Shown here piece by piece: positions 54,042-63,122 of a stretch of DNA of 64,000 bases. Positions within the stretch are counted from its first letter, which is position 1. Each line of letters starts with the position of its first letter. A program made the translations under genes and the position numbers. The stretch is from Octopus sinensis. Taxonomy: Eukaryota. The DNA lies in contig NC_043009.1 of the NCBI RefSeq assembly GCF_006345805.1, forward strand, positions 25,482,001 through 25,546,000. The letters are read 5' to 3'. The notes under the pieces were generated by a model. It worked only from the letters and a program-made list of their open reading frames with translations, did no database searches and was not told the DNA's origin.

Positions 54042-55382
54042 ATATTTCGGAATGGTCATATTGCCAGTTTAGCCAATAAAAACACACGCACTATATATTT
54101 GGTGTTATTTTGCTTCAGTGCTATTTATTTTTTACATTAATCTTAATCTTATTTCGGCCAGAGTTCTTTCGTCACACTCCTGTGACCGCATCAGTGGTCC
54201 TTTGTTTTCTTCTCACTTACTTGTGTCTCTCCTTACTAACCGTCAGCCATTTTGTATTTCTATTGTATGTCTTCATTTGCGCATGCTTATATCTCTATGT
54301 GCGTCTATGTTTATTTAGTGTGTGTGTGGGGGGGATGCCTGTAATATTTGTATCTTCTGGTTATATACATTCTTGTAATTTGTATTGGCTAAACTGGCAA
54401 TATGACCATTCCGAAATATAACAATATCTGTTTCAACACACGACTTCACATAAAAAATCTTGCACAACAAATATTTAAACGTATATATATATATATATGA
54501 ATTAAAATCAAAATGAGGGTGAAAAATTGTATATCAATTTAATAATATCAGTTTATATGCTATATATGTATGTCGGCCTCGCCTGGCCCCGTGCCGGTGG
54601 CATGTAAAAGCACCATCCATTCACGGCCGTTTGCCAGCTCCATCTGGCACCTGTGTGGGTGGCACGTAAAAAGCACCCACTAAACTCACGGAGTGGTTGG
54701 CGTTAGGAAGGCCATCCAGCCGTAGAAACACTGCCAGATCAGACTGGGCCTGATGCAGCCTTCTGGCTTCACAGACCTCAGTTGAACTGTCCAACCCATG
54801 CTAGCATGGAAAGCAGATGCTAAATGATGATGATGATGATGATATATATGTTTATATATATATATATATAGGAAAAAAGCAACAAGAATGGATCAATATA
54901 TCGGTACAATTGTTTCGTACGAGGACATCTTTAATAAAGCTACAAAAATTGCAGTAAATATAGGTGGCTCGTACTCATCAGCCGAAAAAACATCAGAGAT
55001 TCCCAAACATCAAAAGGGGTAATGTTACACTTATGAAACATCATGGAAAATTCTATAAAAGGTGCAGGTTGTCATACAACGTAAACGTAGCGCATTGAAC
55101 AGATACAGTCGATGCTCATACAATGAAATGCTCTTAAACAAGCGTATAGACATGGTTTCACACAAAAGCGAGCGTGCGCGTGCACACATACACTCACATG
55201 CACACACACCACGCATACACTGCAGGCATGTAAAATATACACTTGTACATGCGTACACCACCGGTGTAATTTCAAATGGACAATCACAACGGTGTGTATA
55301 GAGACAGGTGGAGGACTATGTATGTTCGTATATATATATATACCACACATACACACACACACAACACACACATATATATATA

Positions 55383-55442
<60 letters not shown>

Positions 55443-56338
55443 TTTCTCCCTCCCTCTTCCCCTCCCTCTGCTCCTCTCTCCCCCATCCTCTCCTCTTCCC
55501 CTTCTCCTCCCCCTCTTCTTCCCCTCCCTTTCTCCCCCTCCCCCTCTTCTCCTCACTACACCACATGACTTTACACATCACATCACATATGATGTGCCAT
55601 ACTAATACACACACCAACTAATACATACTAATACATACTAATACATACTAGTACATACTAATACTTACACCAACCCTATACATACACACGTCCAGACCCC
55701 GCATACGCACTTATACTCTCTCACACACACACACACCTATACATACCAATACGTACTAATACATACTAATACATACTAATACATACACCAACCCCATACA
55801 TACGCACGTCCAGACCAATCCTACGCACTAATACTCTCTATACCACACACACACACACACACCACACCTTATACATACTAATACATACAACAAACCTATA
55901 CATACACACATCCAGACCCCTCCCACGCACTTTTAGCTGGTTCCTCAACCCCTTTTATCAACCCTATTATCTCCCCTATTTCGCTCTCGCGTCTCATGTT
56001 TGATCTTTGACCTCTGGCCGAAATCAGATCGCCATGTGATTCGTTAGTTACTGCACGCATTTTTTTTCTCTCCTTCTTTCTGTGTTTTTCTCTCTCTGGT
56101 ATCTTCTGTTGAAGAGCGTAGGCTCGAAACGTTCAAGACTTGTTTTATTTATATTCCTGAGCGCCATACTAATACAATTGTTCGTTTGTTTTCCACCTGC
56201 CTTCGTCTTTTGTTTATTTTCATAAAGCTTCCCGTTATATATATATATATATATATAATATATTTATATAATATATATGACGTCTATATCTAGCATGTGA
56301 CTGTCCACTTTTCGTGTTCAGTCCTTATTGGTATATAT

Positions 56339-56392
<54 letters not shown>

Positions 56393-56779
56393 CCAATTAA
56401 GGACTGAACACGAAAAGTGGACAGTCAACATGCTAGATATAGACGTCAAATCGCCATTCACCACAAAAGATTATGTTCTCAGATCAAACTCAACACAAAA
56501 CATAGCAATAAACAAGTGAAAAATATACGAAATAAAATAATTTTATTTCGTATATTTTTCACTTGTTTATTGCTATGGTTTTGTGTTGAGTTTGATCTGA
56601 GAACATAATCTTTTGTGGTGAATGGCGATTTGACGTCTATATCTAGCATGTTGACTGTCCACTTTTCGTGTTCAGTCCTTAATTGGTATATATAAATATT
56701 TTAATCTTCGGATTCTTTTTTAATATGCTAGACCACTGGTCTTAATTGATAAATATCAATTTCTACCCTTAATTAATTT

Positions 56780-56819
<40 letters not shown>

Positions 56820-57424
56820 ATATATAATATATATATATGCATATATATATATTTATATATATATAATATATATGTATATATATATATATATATAATATAT
56901 AAACATATACACACACACAATATATACATATACACATGCACAAACACACATACATATGTACACATTTACATATATATATACATATATGTCTATTTGTATA
57001 TACCCATATATAATACATACACCTACATGCATGCGTATATATGTGCGAGTGTGTGTGTGTGTGAGTTTATGTGTATGAGTATGAGCATACACATATCCAT
57101 ACATGCATACACCATTTTATAGAATTTTCCATGATGTTTCATAAGTGTAACATTACCCCTTTTGATGTTTGGGAATCTCTGATGTTTTTTCGGCTGATGA
57201 GTACGAGCCACCTATATTTACTGCAATTTTTGTAGCTTTATTAAAGATGTCCTCGTATGAAACAATTGTACCGATATATTGATCCATTCTTGTTGCTTTT
57301 TTCCTATTTGTAATCACCCCACTTTGTCGTATGGCTAACACCATATAGATTTCCGTTGCATCCTAGTTAAGGACCATATTCATGTGAATTCATTAGAACT
57401 CACTTGAATCTCAATTACTTAAAC

Positions 57425-57474
<50 letters not shown>

Positions 57475-57851
57475 TTGTGTTAATATATCTATATAATATA
57501 TATATATAATGTATGCATGTGTGGATGTGCTCATGTACACCTACACATACATGTACTCATACACATAAATAAAGACACACACACAGGGGCATATAAGCAC
57601 ATATACACACATATCCACACAAACACATCACACCACCCATTCCTACTTCTCCTCCAAGTGCATAACTGATTTTCTGTCTAGCACACAGTCGATTTCCTGT
57701 TCATCATGCAGTATTTTCCAAGTAATTGTTATCGCTGAAATACCAACATCAAAATGTGACACTATGTGATCTTTCTCAACCAATCGCAGCTTATCTACTG
57801 ATAATAACATCTGACTCTCTCCAGCTGATCTCTCATTCAAATTTCCAATGG
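36599..57851 (-). CDS. DTHD1: DTHD1-like ZU5/UPA-death-domain protein with two C-terminal death domains (exon chain partly resolved, possibly disabled)
   Basis: Phase-consistent 3' chain 47912-48138, 45375-45417, 44034-44064, 42817-43013, 39765-39873, 38418-38651, probably 36599-36696. [11 protein letters not shown]|[20 protein letters not shown] resembles the DTHD1 death-domain end as recalled ([31 protein letters not shown]). The exon ending ...KIVIRLK at 50998 and the GLVSV motif resemble the DTHD1 ZU5 region. Orthology not tested. Confidence 0.62.
36841..37063 (+). repeat. Degenerate about 41-bp tandem array (5.5 units)
   Basis: Recurrent (c/t)attaaccacacct ... catat ... taat. Confidence 0.6.
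38418..38651 (-). CDS. Second death-domain exon
   Basis: ttttttgcag acceptor, gtaagt donor, phase 1->1; [39 protein letters not shown] fits the death-fold pattern (W..LA..LG.....I...C...L..W). Confidence 0.8.
39765..39873 (-). CDS. Death domain 1, C-terminal helices exon ([36 protein letters not shown])
   Basis: atttcag acceptor phase 0, gtaaat donor phase 1. Confidence 0.82.
39917..40410 (+). mobile_element. 5' remnant of a second mariner element
   Basis: Frameshifted [23 protein letters not shown]... equals the mariner N-terminus (EQR..IKFCF.LGK.A.ET). Confidence 0.65.
40777..42002 (+). mobile_element. Near full-length dead mariner (Tc1/mariner) element
   Basis: TIRs ttaggttgtttcacatgaaat / atttcatgtgagacaacctaa, TA duplication, 1.23 kb. 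Fragmented transposase with a paired HTH; the catalytic motifs have decayed to YDKW, HCNARPH and SPDISPTYY. Confidence 0.92.
42817..43013 (-). CDS. Death domain 1 main exon ([28 protein letters not shown]...[17 protein letters not shown])
   Basis: tttccaag acceptor phase 1, gtcagt donor phase 0; death-domain W/L pattern. Confidence 0.88.
44034..44064 (-). CDS. 31-nt exon ([10 protein letters not shown])
   Basis: tttcatttccag acceptor, gtagga donor; phase 0->1 bridges its neighbours exactly. Confidence 0.68.
44272..44830 (+). mobile_element. Interspersed repeat family E with (AAT)n tail; second copy 4705-5110(-)
   Basis: Two long homologous copies in opposite orientation. Confidence 0.7.
45375..45417 (-). 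CDS. 43-nt exon ([14 protein letters not shown])
   Basis: tttcaatccag acceptor, gtgagt donor; phase 2->0 bridges its neighbours. Confidence 0.68.
45578..45832 (+). mobile_element. Penelope-like element GIY-YIG endonuclease remnant
   Basis: [44 protein letters not shown] matches the Neptune-type PLE C-terminus. Confidence 0.75.
45859..45951 (+). ncRNA. Degenerate hammerhead just 3' of a Penelope GIY-YIG remnant
   Basis: TTACC-CTGAAGA...TTTTTACC/GGTAAGAA...GAAAC atac GTA^GGTGA; base of helix II imperfect. Confidence 0.4.
46365..46630. mobile_element. Mariner-derived MITE
   Basis: Same TIRs and internal sequence as 8803-9060. Confidence 0.8.
47912..48138 (-). CDS. DTHD1-like exon with an internal in-frame TAA (48034-48036) or a short internal intron
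   Basis: tcttacag acceptor, gtaaga donor; [18 protein letters not shown]...[23 protein letters not shown]...KPPSK in one frame. Confidence 0.6.
48793..49522. repeat. Inverted duplication, about 260-bp arms with about 205-bp spacer
   Basis: 48793-49055 is the reverse complement of 49262-49522 with scattered substitutions. Confidence 0.88.
49889..49994 (-). CDS. Candidate ZU5-region exon ([35 protein letters not shown])
   Basis: ttttcttctag acceptor phase 0 matches the donor at 50998; gtaaca donor; LQQPITV resembles the ZU5 FxKPVTL motif. Confidence 0.5.
50070..50190 (+). repeat. (GAT)n-(AAT)n trinucleotide microsatellite
   Basis: Direct inspection; representative of many (TA)n, (CA)n and (ATT)n tracts in the window. 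Confidence 0.9.
50998..51175 (-). CDS. ZU5-region exon (...[49 protein letters not shown])
   Basis: Perfect aaa|gtaagt donor; resembles the DTHD1 second ZU5 start as recalled; exact acceptor uncertain. Confidence 0.6.
53050..53450 (+). mobile_element. Penelope-like element GIY-YIG remnant
   Basis: [21 protein letters not shown]...HYMGMT...KGRY..H..SFR...STSLSRFLW, then frameshifted [19 protein letters not shown]. Confidence 0.75.
54039..54422. repeat. 40-bp perfect inverted repeats around a 304-bp core
   Basis: gttatatttcggaatggtcatattgccagtttagccaata at 54039-54078 and its reverse complement at 54383-54422. Confidence 0.85.
54575..54842 (+). mobile_element. SINE family C (…cactctcggagtggttggcgttaggaagggcatccagc…(GAT)n tail)
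   Basis: Copies at about 7270-7450, 8205-8580(-), 11760-12040, 25060-25330, 32250-32590; variable internal 25-45-bp tandem units. Confidence 0.8.
54901..54985 (-). ncRNA. Type I hammerhead ribozyme with enlarged loop II
   Basis: TCGG-CTGATGA-GTACGAG [44 nt] CTCGTAC-GAAAC aatt GTA^CCGA; all core residues intact. Confidence 0.75.
55600..55930 (+). repeat. Compound tandem repeat (10-bp atacatacta units within about 125-bp units)
   Basis: acgtccagacc / catccagacc recurs three times. Confidence 0.7.
56102..56139 (+). ncRNA. Hammerhead-like motif with A6->U core variant
   Basis: CTGTTGA-a-GAGC gtag GCTC-GAAACGTT; a second copy at 28824-28859(-) has CTGTGGA and helix I cttt/aaag. Confidence 0.4.
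56385..56695. repeat. Near-perfect palindrome with about 150-bp arms and 3-nt loop
   Basis: Centre cgaaataaaa-taa-ttttatttcg at 56538-56540; one 1-nt indel between the arms. Confidence 0.9.
57190..57274 (+). ncRNA. Second (inverted) copy of the enlarged-loop hammerhead
   Basis: Same as 54901-54985 except C11.1->T (G-U pair). Confidence 0.68.
57647..57851 (-). CDS. Candidate exon (…[51 protein letters not shown])
   Basis: Open frame between a cctcag acceptor and a gtagga donor; loose ZU5-like pattern; donor phase 2 fits the acceptor at 51175. Confidence 0.42.
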
Positions 57852-58192
57852 CTGAGGATTAGCGTCACACCTTGAAACTTAAAGTACCAAGGAATTTGAA
57901 TCAAACTGATTTGATCAATACATGTAACTCTCAATAAATATGTTGAGTGCCCTTTCTTTCATTTGTCCACTCAATTACCCAAGGTGCCATACATTGGGAC
58001 TGAACTCAATGCCACGTGGTTACAAAGCAAATTTCTTAACCACACAGCTATGACCACACCTATATAATCATACTAGTGTTTTAATCACTGGTCTCTGACC
58101 AAGTAAATATAACTGGACCAAATTAATAACCCCATTCTGTACAAGCTTAACTGATGACTCCCGCAGAGTGAGAATAACTTACTGATCCTTAC

Positions 58193-58379
58193 CTGGTCTA
58201 CATTACAGGTTGTTGGTTGACAAACCCAGACGACAGGACCCACAAACTGGGATTGTTGCATTTGTGGTAACATCTGATATTTTTTATCAGTCACATCATA
58301 GCATAATATTTCAGGAACATCTCCATTATGGCATTTACAACATATTTTCAGAACAGGGTCCTTATATTTCCAATAATAC
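58193..58379 (-). CDS. Candidate exon (YYWKYKDPVLKICCKCHNGDVPEILCYDV...CNVDQ)
   Basis: 62 open codons, strong cag|gtaagg donor; the acceptor lacks a pyrimidine tract. Confidence 0.38.
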
Positions 58380-58596
58380 CTGTTTTTTTCATTTTTTGTG
58401 TGTTATTTTGGTATATGTTTGTTTGTTTATTTTATGTATTGTTTAATTAGTTATGTTTATTTTTCGTTTGTTGTTTTGGAATTTAAAAAAGAATTAAAAA
58501 AAAATTTTAATTAGTAACATTAGGAATTGTATAAAATAGATAATAAAAAAAATTATATATAATTTATGGATGTAAAAATAAAAACTTTCTGTATAC

Positions 58597-58692
58597 TGTT
58601 TCAAGACTACTAACTGGAACAGATTCCTTCCTTCTCTGACATAATTGTTAGTCATTGTATCAGCCCCAGAGAGACAAAAAGCAGAACTGTTG
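58597..58692 (-). CDS. Candidate exon (NSSAFCLSGADTMTNNYVREGRNLFQLVVLKQ)
   Basis: Strong pyrimidine-rich acceptor (tttccataccag), gtatac donor, phase 2->2 links 61018 to 58379. Confidence 0.38.
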
Positions 58693-59890
58693 CTGGTATG
58701 GAAATTGAACATAGAAAAATGGAAAATTAAACTCCCATATCTGAAGGCATATAAAATGCAATTTTTGCCCCAAAAATGTTTTTAAAAAATCATCCTGGAT
58801 CCTATATGCAAAGTTGGGCCTATATCATTGTGTTGAGTGAAATATTTTGCCACGTTAAGGAGGTGAGTTGGCAGAATCATTTTGCACACCAGGCAAAATG
58901 TTTTGCGGCATTTCATCCGTCCTTACTTTCTGAGTTCAAATTCCATCGAGGTCAACTTTACCTTTCATCTTTTTGGAGTCGATGAAAAAAGTACCAGTTA
59001 AACACTGGGGTCGATATAATCAACTTACTCCCTCCCCACAAAATGCTGGCCTTATACTAAAATTTGAAATCAATATTTTGGTAACTTATTTGCCTTATTT
59101 ATCAAGTTACAATAAACTCAGCCTTGCATTCAGCAAAGAGGCCATCGTTTTGCACCATGTGAAGCCAATTTTCTACCAGTTCTTTGTTCCCACCAGTTCT
59201 TGTTCTTCGAAGTGAAGAACTTCTTCCCTGAAGCTTCTGCCTCCTCTTGGTTGATGAAGTATTGCAGAGTGCAGGAAGTGAACCATGGATCAGAACATGT
59301 AACAAGGCATACTTTAATACATTACAAACTGTTTTTCCCTGAATACACATTGCTGAAAAGGAGGTTGCATCTAATATGCCACTCTTTTATGCGATTAAAT
59401 ATAGTAAATATAATAAGGTGTTTCATGGGCCAGTTTACCATATTTGCTTCTTCACTGCTTTTATATGCTTATGATGCTTAGATATACAAAACACTGTGGG
59501 GTGGTCACAGCTGAACTCTTCTTGTCAAAGTCTGCTTAGTCAAGCCTGAACTGGAGTTAAAACTTCAGCTTTTAAATTGGCGAAAATTGCTTTGGTTCAA
59601 TGGTAGAACATCTATCATGTTTACAGATGTAGATTCATATGCCATGGACAGCCTTCAACTTCTTCTAAACAAGTGTCTTATTAACTTAATATTTACATGC
59701 TATTATTTATAGCTGTAAATGCTTCAAGACCCACTGTTTCAAAACTGAATTATTTAACATTCTCTTGAAGATTATAAATTTTTATGATGTCTAAGTCAAA
59801 AATAAATTTAAGCAAACACAAAAACACCATGCCGTACCTTACTCTCATGGTTTATGTAGCACGCAAAGAAACAAATTCACAATATAATAC

Positions 59891-60497
59891 TTGATTTAGC
59901 AATGGTTTCTATTGCAAGATCTGAACTAATAAATGAGTGAAGTAGCCCAACAACTTGTGACTTAGTTATTGCTTGTTTATCTATTACTGTCTCAACCATA
60001 ACTGGTTCAACTATTATTTGTTTGACTATTGCTAGTTCAACTACTGCTGGCTCAGTTGCAGCTGGGCCACCTGTTACTCGTTCAACCACTGTTGGTACAT
60101 CCATTCGTGGCTCAACTTTTGCTAGATCAGCTATTGCTAGCTCAACAATCATTAGTTCAATTATTGCTAGCTCAACAGCCAGTTTAATCATTACTAGCTC
60201 AACAGCCAGTTTAATCATTATTAGCTCAACAATTACTAGTTTAATAATTACTAGCTTAACCATTACTAGTTCAACCATTGCTAGTTCAACCATTGCTGGT
60301 TCAAATATTGATGCCTCAACTGTTGCTGAGTCACCTATTGCTAGCTCAGTTATTGCTGGTTCAAATATTGCAAGCTCATTCATTACTGGCTCAACTATTG
60401 GTAGTTCGACTATAGTTGGCTCGACAATTGTTAGCTCAACTATTCCTGGCCCAAACATTGCTGGTTCACCAACTGCCAGCTCAATTATTGCTAGTTA
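59891..60497. repeat. Degenerate 15-bp tandem array (about 40 units, consensus ACTATTGCTAGYTCA), open reading frames on both strands
   Basis: Plus frame (T/S)-I-A-(S/G)-S; minus frame V-E-(L/P)-A-(I/M), open 60494-59877. Confidence 0.85.
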
Positions 60498-61017
60498 AAT
60501 ATGTATTTGGTTTCACTTATCAATTCGACGTCTAAGCAATCCCGCCAAACTGATTATTTAAAATGTATTTTTCATGACGTCTATAGAGTTCAGGAAAAAT
60601 GAGTAAGATCCCTGTCTCATCATGGAACTTTCAAAATATTTAGATTGGCAGAAAACAACAACAACAATAATTACAACAACACTAACTAAAATATTATATT
60701 AAATAGTATAGTTTGCCTGAGCTATTGTCTGATATATATAAATGTTTTAATCTTTTTTAAAGCCAAAACAATGCAAGTTAAAAGAAATTGTACAAGTCAA
60801 GGATTTGTACTTTTACTTTGTGTATCAAAATTTTGGGGTTAGGACTCCTTCTTCAAGAAATCTTCAGAGAATTGTTATTGTGATCTCACAACAACATATC
60901 TCTGAAGAGTTCTTATAACTTGAATTGTTTTGGCTTCATAAAAGAAGAAAAATTATGAAATTTATTATTAAAAAATTTTTTTTAAATCTATATCATATTA
61001 AATGTTCCTGTTATTAC

Positions 61018-61265
61018 CAAAGTGTCCATGATGCTCCTCCATTGTTGATCTTTTTAACTTCCAACTGATTTCCAATCTGGCACATATCTGTGAAAACTGG
61101 CTGAAAAAGCTTCATAGCATCACCGGCACCGTGTAATTTGGTCTGGAAGCTTTCAAAGCCAGGTTTCCTGAGATGCATATTCAGATAACAATTTATGTAT
61201 TTCGTCAGCAACATCCAACTTATTTCTTCAAAGTCACTGATGGACTCACAAACAAGAAGATCGAA
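61018..61265 (-). CDS. Candidate exon (FDLLVCESISDFEEISWMLL...KKINNGGASWTL)
   Basis: cctttttcacaaactttcag acceptor, gtaata donor, 82 open codons, phase 0->2. Confidence 0.6.
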
Positions 61266-61762
61266 CTGAAAGTTTGTGAAAAAGGAAGCAATATAAGTCA
61301 AATCAGGAGAACATATGGTGGCATTGGCATCACCGATATCTTGTGAGTGAAGGAAAACTAAACATCAAGCTCCCAAAAATAACCAATTGGTGGTGCTGGT
61401 AGTAATGGTGATGATGATGAGGAGGAGGAGGAGGAGGAGGAGGGGAGGGGAGGGGAGGATAATGATGATGATGGTGTAATACAAGATGGTGATGATGTAA
61501 CGCAGGATGGCGATGATGATATAATACAGGATAACAATATTTGTACCTCAATCAAAATATTCTGGTGCGAATTTATTTTACTCCAAGATGATAAATAAAA
61601 TATTTTGGTAAGGGCTTAACTCTTTAGCATTCAGATTAATTTATCAAATGTAATGTTTTCTTAGCAGCAGTTTAAAAAATTAATCATGAAGTATCTTGTA
61701 CTTTCAACATTTTGAAGCTGTGATTGTCTTATTTTTAGAATGACAGACATTGTAGGTTATAG

Positions 61763-62033
61763 TTCTATATTTAAGAGATGAGGAATTATGTACATTGTTT
61801 ACATTATTTACATTTGACAGATATTTGTCCTCATCTTGTTTGTTGTTAACACAACGTTTCGGCTGATATACCCTCCAGCCTTCATCAGGTGTCTTGGGGA
61901 AATTTCAAACCTGGGTTCTCATTCTTAAGGTATTTTGTTTTTGTTCAGGTCACTGCCTGGAATCGAACTTAGGAATCTTGGGGTTAGTAGCCTGCACTTT
62001 TAACCACTACGCCATATGCCCGTGGGCAATTAT
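61763..62033 (-). mobile_element. tRNA-headed short element with hammerhead-bearing (PLE pLTR-like) 3' body
   Basis: A box TGGCGTAGTGG, B box AGTTCGATTCC, short A-rich linker, then HHR; homologous copies 14909-15192(-), 38985-39292 (inverted pair), 52812-52925 (head plus inverted tail). Confidence 0.7.
61848..61893 (-). ncRNA. Minimal type I hammerhead ribozyme (Penelope-type, palindromic helix III)
   Basis: GACAC-CTGATGA-a-GGCTG gagggtatat CAGCC-GAAACGTT^GTGTT; decayed copies at 14987-15032(-), 39056-39101(-), 39207-39249(+). Confidence 0.72.
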
Positions 62034-62394
62034 GGAGTGAATTTTAGGGCTTATAAATCTAATATTTTCCTATCCTTCCTTAATACCAGTTCCCATATGC
62101 TACTCCTATCTGTACTCAGTCTGCTTAAGAGGTTGTTGTGTCCTAGTATATGAGGACAAATATCCATCAAATGTAAATTATGTAAATATTGTAGGTTATG
62201 TGTGACAGGTTGGATTTGGCCAGCTTCAACATAAAACATGTAGAATATTTGGGTTGGATATGGTTAGTTTAAATATAAAGAATTAATTCTACTATTGTAA
62301 GAGACCAGATGAAACACTTTGGCATGAATTAATTCCAGGTTGTGAAAAGAAAATATAAAACATCGGATTAAAATCAGGGAAAAAGTTAACTTAC

Positions 62395-62450
62395 TTTTTG
62401 AAATACTTTCTTTGTTATCTGAGAATTCATTCTCATTGGTAAATATTTCT
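62395..62450 (-). CDS. 56-nt exon (EKYLPMRMNSQITKKVFQK if read phase 1->0)
   Basis: Very strong acceptor (ttttcttttttgtctgtttcaag) and gtaagt donor. Confidence 0.55.
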
Positions 62451-62749
62451 CTTGAAACAGACAAAAAAGAAAATGAAGTTTTAGGAAAATGTATTTCCAG
62501 AACAATATTATTCCATTATAATGGAAACATATACACATATACTAACACAATATATTTGCTGGATTCTCTTGTTGTGAATGACAAATGAGGGTTCAGTAAA
62601 ATAAAGCATTAATCATGTTCTGTGGACACAAATGTGTCCATAAAACATGTGACCATCTCTTGAGGCCTGTCGGTACTTTGCAAACCTTATGGCAAATGGA
62701 ACAAGTTAAGGAATCCGTTTGCTTGACTGCATGTGCATCATTCACTATA

Positions 62750-63122
62750 CAGGGTGATTCAAAAGTCGCCATACATAGGAACAACTTATCTTTTTATAAG
62801 AAACAGTTTATAAGAACAGTTTCTTTTTTTATTTAACAGGTTCTATATGGTTACCATTGTTTTGAATACACATTGCAATACGTTTGCCCCACTCATTGTG
62901 AACTCGTAATTGCACATCTGGTGATACATGTGCAAATGAGCTGGTGATACGTTCCTTCAAATCATTTATGTCTTTTATCTTTCCACGATACACAATGCCT
63001 TTCAAATGCCCCCAGAGATAGAAACCAAGAGGGGTCAGGTCAAGGAATCTAAGGGTTCTTATAAACTGTTTCTTATAAAAATATAAATTTTTCCTATGTA
63101 TGGAGACTTTTGAATCACCCTG
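62750..63122 (-). mobile_element. Internally deleted Tc1/mariner (maT-like) element
   Basis: About 70-bp TIRs starting cagggtgattcaaaagtc, TA flanks; remnant DLTPLGFYLWGHLKGIVY...CIQNNGNHIE. Confidence 0.85.

Noticed and set aside
55600-55930. CRISPR-like repeat-spacer pattern (also 17818-17990 and 36841-37063)
   Set aside because: Eukaryotic context, low-complexity units, no unique spacers of constant length and no cas genes.
10867-56965. Numerous ORFs rich in YI/HT/CV/M/S runs
   Set aside because: They are translations of (TA)n, (CA)n, (GAT)n and (ATT)n microsatellites.
58151-58180. CTGATGA-ctc ccgca gag hammerhead-like start
   Set aside because: No GAAA and no helix III/cleavage triplet follow.
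59102-59353. 82-aa minus-strand ORF behind a good acceptor
   Set aside because: Its phase does not join the exon chain on both sides, and the similarity to ZU5 was only suggestive; left unannotated.
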